NCBI GenBank assembly: GCA_016618085.1
Contig: JABLTG010000014.1
Coordinates: forward strand, 172,330 to 192,329
Direction: 5' to 3'
DNA length: 20,000 bases
Source: Neovahlkampfia damariscottae
Lineage: Eukaryota
Positions 11,249 through 20,000 of this stretch are shown here, one piece after another. Each line of letters opens with the position of its first letter. Positions within the stretch are counted from its first letter, which is position 1. Both the position numbers and the translations under genes were made by a program. The notes under the pieces are model-generated. The model was not told the origin of the DNA and searched no databases. It worked only from the letters and a program-made list of their open reading frames with translations.

Positions 11249-12843
11249 TTATAAACCACCAAATTCATCCATACCATCTTCTTCATCATCATCTAAATCA
11301 TCTAAAATATCATCAAATACATTTTCTGATTCTGAGTTTTCAAGTTGTTGTTGTTGTTGTTGAAGTTGTTTTTTAAGAGATGGAAATCTTAATGATTTAA
11401 CTGAATCATTATGAACTTTTAAACAAAATTCAATTCTATTTTCAAAAACAAGAGAAGGTTCTGAAGTTGAATAAATATCAATTGATTCATTTGATTTAAT
11501 ATAACTTTGTTGATGATTAATAGATGCATCAATAATACCATCTCTAATAGCTTTTGCAACAATATGTTCAACATCTTCTGGTGTTTCTAAATTAAGTTTT
11601 TCACAAATATCTTTTAATGATATTTTACTATAAGAAATTGAAATCTTTTTTAAACCAGTTCTAATAACATTTTGACGAATTCTTTGAACAAGTGAATAAG
11701 TTTGATCAGATTTAAATGTTTCAGAATATTTTTCAACAACTTTTCTAAATTTTAAAAGATCACCTACACGAACTTGTTTAGTTAAATCATAATAAGGTTC
11801 AAGTGATTTCTTTAATCCTTTTTGTGTAAATACACTTCTTTCTGGAATTTCACCCATTAATAATTTAACAATAATCATTAATTTATAACACTTAAAAATA
11901 TTATTAGAAATAAAATAACATGTAATACAGATGTTCTAAATCCTTTTGCTGTTCCTGTTGGTGATTTCATAATTGCTTGCATTAAACAATCATAAGCAAG
12001 ACTATAATCTAATTGAATACTTTTTATTCTTCCTTTATAATAAAAATATCTTGCTAATTGACTATTTGAATGAAAATCAATTGAAGGTGATTTTGAAATT
12101 AATTGATTTGCTTGGTCATATAAATTTTCTTCAATATAATTTCTTAAAAGTAAATTCATTAATACTGCTTGTCCATGTTTATCTTGTTTTAAACATGATG
12201 TTTTAAATCCTTTTAAAAGTTCACTTCTAATTACTGAAAGTTGATTGGTAAGTTCATAACTTCTTGAATAATAAAAATATGCTTTTGAACCTAATAAAAA
12301 TAAAGTATTTCTATTATTCTTTTTAATATATTCAATCATATCTGTTGAACAAATAACAGCCTAATAATTATTAAAAATATATAATTCAAACTTCTTCATA
12401 TCTTTTTGTATCAATAAGATGAACTGTCAACAAAATTTGTAAAAATACTTCAACTTCAGGTAACTTTTTTAATTTCTTTGTATCAAAACTATCAACTTTA
12501 ATATCTTTGAAATAATCAAGAAGTAATTTCTTTCTTTCACAATTTTCAGGTAAATTTTGTGAAATAACTGTACAAAGTGTAACTTTGTCTAATTTTCTTC
12601 TTAAAGTTAAGTTTTGTCTTAAAGCTCTTCCTATTAAACGGTCATCATTATTTTGAACTCCTCTTTTAATTAAACTAATGTTTTGTTTCACGTCTTTTAT
12701 TTTTTTAAAAAAATAAACAAGTCCTCACCTGAAATCATTGTATCAAAAGCTTCTTTCTTTTCTCTTTCCAATTTTTCTTCTGGAGTTTCTTCTTTTTTTT
12801 CAATTTCCATCAAATCCTCTTTTTTAGTTTCCTCGTTGCTCAT
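11249..12843 (-). CDS. PSMD3: 26S proteasome lid subunit Rpn3
   Basis: Introns 12694-12728, 12361-12391 and 11891-11928. LMNLLLRNY, ARYFYYKGRIKSIQLDY, LLMGEIPER, VAKAIRDGIIDA, DIYSTSEP (PCI domain). Confidence 0.96.
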
Positions 12844-13026
12844 TTTTTCGTTTTTGTAGATGTTAAATGATTGGTCAGTTATATTTAGATAAATTTCCTG
12901 ACTTTTTTTGAGAAAAACAATAAAATCATCTTAATACTTCTGAAAAACAATTTTTTTACTTTTTCTTCTTCCAAAAAAAACTCTCCAATCAAATTCGTTT
13001 GTAGAAAATTTTAGAAACGAAAGAAA
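12844..13026. promoter_or_regulatory. Putative bidirectional promoter between Rpn3 and FAM21
   Basis: 183 nt between divergent ATGs, with TGATTGG at 12868-12874 and CCAATCA at 12985-12991, each in sense orientation to its gene. Confidence 0.65.
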
Positions 13027-16000
13027 ATGTCGTTGCCTCCTCCACCTCCTCCTCCTCCGCCTCCAAATTGGAGTAAGAGATTAGAACTATCAAATGATAC
13101 ATCAAGACCTACATTTGATGACTTTCCAGCTGTTACTGTTTCACAAAATGAAAATTTAGTGGAACAAACTCAAGAAGTGAGCAACGTTCAAAATGAAACA
13201 GTAATTCCAGATCTAAAATTAGAATCAAAAGAAGAAGAAACTTCAGAAGATTTGAAATATCTCAAAAAATCCAACATTTGGGATATTGATTCAGACGAAA
13301 AAGTATTATTTTTCATTTCATTAAAAATAAGTTACTTTCTTACTTGAAATCATTTCAAAGTAGATTATTCACAAGATTAGAAAATATTAATGACAATGTG
13401 AATGATTTGGTATATCAAACAAAGACTTCTGAAGTTAAACTTTCAAATACATTTAATGAATTCATTATGTTATCAAATACTCAATTTGTTGAAAATGTAA
13501 AGTTTAATATAATTCTTATATCCATTTTTAAAGAGAATTGATGATGAAGAAAATCAAAATAATAAAGTTGAAAAGAATGAAACGATTAGTTCATCCGAAA
13601 ATAATTATGCTCAATCTATTCAACATGGAATTGAAGCATTAAAAATATGCAATATTCCACTTGAAGATTCAGATGATGATGAAGAAGAAGAAGAAGAAGA
13701 AATTAAAACTCAATATTCAAATGATAAAAAGAAGACAGTCATTGAACCATTTTTATTAAGTTCATTACCATTCATTATTGGATCACAATTATTTTTTGAT
13801 GATGAATTATGTGGACTAAAAGAAGATGAATTCATTTCTGATAGTGAAGAAAGTGAAGAAGAAGTACCATTCAATGAAGGAGTAATAGAAAATAAAGGAA
13901 CACCACAAGGTGAATTTAATGAAGATAATATATTTGGAAATGGTGATGGTGGTGAAGAAACATTTGATGATATGTTTGGTGGTAATGGTAATAATGAAAA
14001 TAAAGTTGCAGAAGTTAGTGATGGTGAATTATTTGGAAATACTAATTCATCATTATTTGGTGAAGATAAAGAAGGTACAACTAATAATAATGGTACAAGT
14101 GGTGTTGGTGATGATGATGATGATTTTGATTTATTTTCAACTAAAACAAGAAAAGAAGATGATTTTGATTTTGATATTGAATCTATTATGGGTAGTGGAC
14201 CTGATAAAAAAGAAGAAAAAGAAGAAAAGAATGAATTATTTAAAGAAACAGAAGTTGAAAAAAAGAAAAAAGGAATGTTTGATCTTGATTCTGATGATGA
14301 TGAAGAAGAAATTAAAAAAAATAAAAAAAAAGGAAAAGAAGAAATATTAAGTTTTGAATCAGGTGAAGATTTCTTTTCTTCAAATAATGATAATTTATTT
14401 GAAGAAAAAACAAAAAAGAAAAAGAAAAAAGATTTATTTTCAGAAGAAAAAGATGAAGATGATACATTTGGTGATATTGGTGATGTTGATTCAATGTTAA
14501 ATTCATTCATGTCTCCAAGAGAAAATATTATTGATGATTTTTCAGAAAATAAAAAGAAATCATCAAAAAAAGAAAGTAATTTATTTGGAAATGAACAAGA
14601 TGATGATGATGATATTTTGGAAGATGAACCAAAAAAAGAAAAGAAAAATGATTTTCAATCCAATATTATTGCAGGATTACAAAAGAATATGTCAGGACCA
14701 CCAAAAAAGAAAGTTATTAAAAAAGAATCATCTTTATTTTCTGGAGATGAAGAAGAAGAAGAAGAAGATGGGGATGTTGATGAATTCACAAAAGATAAAC
14801 AAGAAAAGAAAATTACACCAAAGAAAGAATCATCTTTATTTTTAGATGATGAATTTGATGATGAACTAAAAATAAAGAAATCACAAAAAAAAGAATCTTC
14901 GTTATTCTCTAATGATGAAGATGATTTCATGGAACCAAAGAAAAAAGAAACAAATTCTGATTTATTTTCTGGAGATGATCTTGATTCTAAAATTGAAAAT
15001 AAAAAAGAAAAGAAAAATGATTTTCAATCCAATATTATTGCAGGATTACAAAAGAATATGTCAGGACCACCAAAAAAGAAAGTTATTAAAAAAGAATCAT
15101 CTTTATTTTCTGGAGATGAAGAAGATGGTGATGTTGATGAATTCACAAAAGATAAACAAGAAAGTACATCTTTATTTGAAAAAGAAGAAGAAGAAAATAA
15201 AAAACAAAAAACAAAAAAATCAAGTTTATTCGATGATTTAGATGATGATTTAGATGATGATGATTTTATGGGAACAAGTAATAAGTCAACACCTATAACA
15301 AAAACAAAAACAAAAACAAATTCAAAATTGGATTCATTATTTTCTCAAGATGATGAAGAAGAAGAAGAATTTCAATTTGAATCAAAAAAAGAAGATAAAA
15401 AAACAAAGAAAGGAACAACAAAAACAACCTCTTCTTTATTTTCAATGGATGATGATTTAGATGAAAAACTTAAGAAAGAAGAAAAAAAAGAAGAAAAACA
15501 AGTTAGCAATACAAACCCAAAAAATGTATTTCAATCTAGTATAATTGCAGGATTACAAAGAATGAATATGGGAGGAGGTATGCCACCTATAAAAAGAAAA
15601 ACATCAAAAACTGAATCAATATCATCTACCTCTTCAAAAAGTGATAATTTAGATGATTCATTCTTGACTGATATTTCAAAAAAGAAAGATAATACAAATA
15701 GTTCAAGAGATGGAGGATCAGTTAAACCAATTTTAGAACATTCCAATTTAAATAGAGCAAAATCAAAAAAGAAGAAAAGACCACCAACTAAAAAGACTGT
15801 TCTACCAAATACAAATGTAGTGGTCAAACAAACATCAACTTCATTATTTAGTGATGAAAACAATAATAATGATGTTAAAAAGAAAGAATTAACTGAAAAT
15901 GTTGAAAAAAAAGAAATTACACCAAAAAAGAAAGAAATTAAGAATTCATTATTTTCATTAGATCATGATGATGATGATGATGATTTTACTTCAACAAAAA

Positions 16001-16965
16001 AGAAAAAGGATTCAAAAATTGATGAAGAAAAAGAACAAGAAAGATTTGAAGAAAGATTAAAAGTTGAAGAAAGAATTAAAAAAGAAGAAGAAGAAAGAAT
16101 TAAAGAAGAACAAAGAATTAAAAAAGAAGAAAGAATTAAAAAGGAAAATGAAAGATTAAAAAAAGAAGAAGAAGAAAGAATTAAAGAAAGATTAAAAAAA
16201 GAAGAAGAAGAAGAAGAAAAGAAAAAAGAAGAAGAAGAAAAGAAACAAAAAGAAAGAATTAAAGAAGAAAAGAGATTATCAGATTTAGAAAATGAAAAAA
16301 AAAAGAAAAATGAAAAATCAAATTTATTTGATCAATCTGATGATTCATTTGAAATCTTTGAACATAAAAAAAGACCAAAAGAAGTTAAAGAAAAAAAGAA
16401 TGCTCAAAAATTATTTAATTCAATGGGAGATGTTGATGATTTACTTGATGATACAAAAAAAGAAAAGAAGAAATCATCAAACAAATCATTATTTGATGAA
16501 GAACCAAAAAAAGAAAAGAAAAAAGTATCTTTATTTGATAGTGATGATTCAAAAAAAAAGAAAAAAGAAAAAAAATCAAAATCATTATTTGATGAAGATG
16601 ATACTTTAGAAGTTACATCAACAAAAAAAAAAGAAAAATTAAAAAATACTTCTTTATTTGATCAAGAAAGTAAAAAAGATGAAGTGAGTCTTGATGTTAC
16701 TCAACCTATTGTTGAAAAAAAAGAAAAGAAAAAAACAAAATCATTATTTGATGATGAACCAAAAGAAAAAGTAATAGAAGAAGAAAAGAAAAAGAAAACT
16801 ATTGATTTTGATTCATTAATGGATGAAAAGAAGACAACAACAAAAAAATCAACAAAAAAGAAATCGACAAATTTATTCAATGATGATGATGAGAATTTCT
16901 TGACAACAACTAAAAAAGAAAAAAAGAAAAAGAAAAATACAGGTGAAAGTTTATTTGATTTTTAA
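13027..16965 (+). CDS. WASHC2: WASH complex subunit FAM21
   Basis: Introns 13303-13331 and 13497-13533. Head domain WDIDSDEKLL..NTFNEFIMLSNTQFVENRI, LPFIIGS, a long acidic/lysine-rich tail with many (S)LF-acidic motifs, and a CPI-like motif LEHSNLNRAK..KRPPT. Confidence 0.92.
14632..15163 (+). repeat. Intragenic direct duplication in the FAM21 tail (14632-14806 and 15001-15163)
   Basis: The two copies are near-identical by eye, differing by four GAA codons and GGG/GGT. They encode KKEKKNDFQSNIIAGLQKNMSGPPKKKVIKKESSLFSGDEE..DGDVDEFTKDKQE. Confidence 0.93.
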
Positions 16966-17031
16966 AAATAAATTTTTATTTCATTCAAAATATTTCAACC
17001 AATCATAACATTTTGAAATCAAACTTTGAAC

Positions 17032-19064
17032 ATGTTAAAAAGAAGTATCAAATTGGTTGGTAGACATGTTAGAAGAACTAGATTCATTCATACTACAGTA
17101 TTAAATATTATATTAATCAAAATAGAAAGAATTTAATTTGACAAAAAAACAAGAAAATATTTTAACAAAAGAAAAAGAAACTTTTTATCATTTATATAAA
17201 ACAATAAAAGAAATGAATGGAGATGAAGAAGATTTAAAATATTTAAAAGATACAATTGAACAATTAGATGAATTATTTTTAATAACTATTGTTGGTGAAT
17301 TTAATTCTGGAAAATCATCTTTTATTAATTCAATATTAGGAGATAAATATATGAAAGAAGGTGTAATACCGACAACTAAAACTATTCATATTATTAAATA
17401 TGGTGATGAATTAAAAGAAGAATATGATATTAATAAAAATCAAAATTTAATGGAATTACCTTTAAATTGGTTAAAAGGAATTAAAATTGGTATTTAATAT
17501 ATATTTTTTATTATAATAGTTGATACACCTGGTACAAATGCAATACTTAGAGAACATGAAGAAATAACTAAAAAATATATTCCACGATCTGATTTTATTT
17601 TATTTATTACATCTTGTGAAAGACCATTTTCTGAATCTGAAAAAGAATTTATGAAAAATATAAAAGAATGGGGAAAGAAAATAATTATAGTATTAAATAA
17701 AGTTGATTTATTTAAATCAAAAGAAGAATTAAATCAAGTTGAAAGTTTTATAAAAGAAGGAATTAAAAATTTAATTGGAATTGAAACTAAATTATATTCA
17801 ATTTCAAGTTTAGAAAGTTTGAACTTTAAATTAAATTTAGATGAATCAAAAATATCAAAAGAATTTAAAAATTTAGAAAACTATTTATTTAATAATTTAA
17901 ATTCAGAAGAAAGAATAAAATTAAAATTAAAAAGTCAAATTGGTGTTGGTGAAAAAATATTAATTAAGAATTTAAATGAATTAAATTTAAAATTAAACAT
18001 TTTAAAAAAAGATGAAGGAACAATTAAAAAAGTTGAAAATCAATTAAATTATTTTTTAAATGATATGGAATCAGATTTTAAATTATTTGAAGATTCAATT
18101 GAAAAAATATTCTTAGAATTCAATGAAAGAACAAATATTTTTTTTGATGAAGTTTTAACTTTGAAAAACTTTTTTAATTTATCAAATAAAAAAAAGATTG
18201 AAGAAAAATTTAAAAATGAAGTAGTATCTGATTTTATTCCTTCAATTGATAAATTTGTTTCAAATTTAATTGATTGGATAATTGATAGAAAATATAGGTA
18301 AAATTTAAAACTTAATTTAAAAATAAAGACAACATAAATCTATTCAAGATTTTATTTTAAAAAGATCAAATATTTCAGAAGATAATTTAATTGGATCTTT
18401 AAAAAATGAATTCAAATTTAATAGAAATGAATTATTATTAAATATTGGAAATTCTTCAAATGAAATTTTAAAGTTAAGAAATGAAAAGAATGAAATTGAT
18501 AATATAAATAATGAAATTAAATCATCCATTTATAATACAATATCAATTGAATTATCAGCAATTGGTGTTGGAACAGCTTCATATTTATTATTACCTTCTT
18601 TAACTTTTGAAATTACAGGTATTTTGACCGCGTCTTTAATTGGTGTTCTTGGTTTATACACTATTCCAATGAAAAATAAAAAATTAAAATTAGAATTCAA
18701 AAAAAACATTAATTTTTTGAAAGAAAAACTAAAAAAAGAAATTAAAATGCAATTTAATTTTGATTTAAATAATTCAATTCAAGGGATTAATAATTCAATA
18801 TCTCCTTATTCAAATTTTGTAAAATCAGAATTGAAAAGTTTAAAAAAACAAAAAGAAGATTTGGACATCTTGAATGATTCTTTCAACAAAATTAAATTTG
18901 AAATTAAAAACTTGAATCAATTCGAAGAGAATGAAAAAATTATAAGCTCTGATATAAAAGTTACGGTACATGACGAAGAAATGAAAGAAACAGAAAAAGA
19001 ACAAACAGCTAAAGAAAGCACGACTGAAGAAATTACAGAAGAAATAAAAGAAGAAAATAAATAA
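17032..19064 (+). CDS. FZL / bacterial-dynamin-like membrane-remodelling GTPase with predicted mitochondrial presequence
   Basis: Introns 17098-17125, 17490-17519 and 18298-18328. G1 VGEFNSGKSS, G2 GVIPTT, G3 VDTPGTN, PRSDFILF..RPFSESE, G4 LNKVD, helical stalk, and a hydrophobic hairpin (SAIGVGTASYLLLP..ITGILTASLIGVLGLYTIP). Confidence 0.85.
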
Positions 19065-19767
19065 GTTTGTTATCCCAATGCAAAATACAATCTTGTTTTG
19101 TTTCTGATGTACATTTTTTCAATCAAGAATATCCAGTTTGAACAACAAATGTTTTCTGTCAACCTACTTTTCGATGTTTATGCCAAACTCAAATAGAAAT
19201 GTTTTTGCAAAATAAAAAACCCAAATCCCTAAAATAAAATTGATAGAAATTCAAGTACTGTACTGCCATGACTTCGTCAAAAATTTTTTACCGACAATAG
19301 AGTAGACGTTTTCCCTAAACCCACACAACAAACTTATACATTTGATGAATAGAAACTATGATGAATGGAATTCTGTGATTCTCTCTTTTTCTCAGTTGCT
19401 TCGAATTTTGCAGTCACATCAGATCAATATCATCTTTTCCTTTTGATCAATATTACATACTACTCAAACAAATAGAACAATTCTAATGTAAAAATCGATT
19501 TTGCACACCAATAATATAGACAACAATTCTGAGGACTTGTTTCTTACTTCTGAAGTAAACAAAAAAACCAACAGAAACATCAACAAACGCTAAAAAAAAA
19601 AAACCACAATAACCATAACAACATTCAAAAACCCCTGTTTTAGAAAAAATATTGTCTTTATCAGGAAAATAAACAAAATGAACCATTGAGGTTTCCCAGG
19701 GTTTCCTCCACTATTTAAAGAAAATTGAATTATATATTTTTGTTCCATTTTTGTTTTTTGTTTTTTG
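19065..19767. other. Short subtelomeric spacer
   Basis: Lies between the last stop codon and the telomere-like repeats. Visibly less AT-rich than upstream intergenic DNA, with no recognisable protein. Confidence 0.7.
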
Positions 19768-19854
19768 TTTGGGTTTAGATTTAGATTTAGATTTTGGTTT
19801 TTGGTTTTTGGTTTTTGGTTTTTGGTTTTTGGTTTTTGGTTTTTGGGTTTTGGG
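19768..19854 (+). repeat. Telomere variant-repeat zone
   Basis: In order: TTTGGG, (TTTAGA)3 at 19774-19791, TTTTGG, (TTTTTGG)6 at 19798-19839, TTTTTGGG, TTTTGGG. Confidence 0.9.
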
Positions 19855-20000
19855 TTTGGGTTTGGGTTTGGGTTTGGGTTTGGGTTTGGGTTTTGGGTTT
19901 GGGTTTGGGGTTTGGGGTTTGGGTTTGGGTTTGGGTTTGGGTTTGGGTTTGGGTTTGGGTTTTGGGTTTGGGTTTGGGTTTGGGTTTGGGTTTGGGTTTG
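19855..20000 (+). repeat. Telomeric repeat array (TTTGGG)n
   Basis: Tandem TTTGGG to the end of the window, with the G-rich strand running 5'->3' outward and occasional T4G3 / T3G4 units. Confidence 0.95.

Noticed and set aside
16030..16270. Repeated GAAGAAAGAATTAAAAAA units as a CRISPR or satellite array
   Set aside because: Coding EEERIK charged-helix repeats within FAM21, with no spacer structure.
13710..16609. Antisense and alternate-frame ORFs over FAM21 (e.g. 13710-14510, 13910-14350, 15531-15863)
   Set aside because: Shadows of GAA/GAT/AAA low-complexity codons (poly-S/F or M/K).
1..19064. Alternative genetic code or stop readthrough explaining fragmented ORFs
   Set aside because: All breaks outside the E2 resolve with canonical GT-AG introns. 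Gln is CAA, Trp is TGG, and genes end in TAA/TGA.
19483..19686. 67-aa minus-strand ORF in the subtelomere
   Set aside because: No recognisable motif, no CCAATCA upstream, and composition reflects T-runs. A gene remnant cannot be excluded.

Overview
Terminal 20 kb of a linear chromosome from a very AT-rich, gene-dense microbial eukaryote. It uses the standard code (TAA/TGA stops), which excludes Paramecium-type ciliates; the lineage cannot be fixed from sequence alone. Nine housekeeping genes were spliced by hand. They are separated by about 50-180 nt and interrupted by 34 tiny GT-AG introns of 27-41 nt: BRE/BABAM2 (runs off the left edge), CCDC22, site-1 protease, a SAPS/PP6R subunit, a Ubc7/Cdc34-type E2, Ric8, proteasome Rpn3, FAM21/WASHC2, and an FZL-like dynamin GTPase with a predicted mitochondrial presequence. 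About 700 nt of subtelomere follow, then graded variant repeats and a (TTTGGG)n telomere. Main observations: (1) the E2 gene is the only one that does not splice into frame; it has two frame breaks, one on an A_AAA_AAG slippery heptamer and one at TTG-TGA-T, and it ends in a polybasic CaaX motif. (2) An orientation-specific CCAATCA element lies 18-35 nt before nearly every ATG. (3) The telomere repeat is the uncommon TTTGGG, and copies of it sit just upstream of two start codons.
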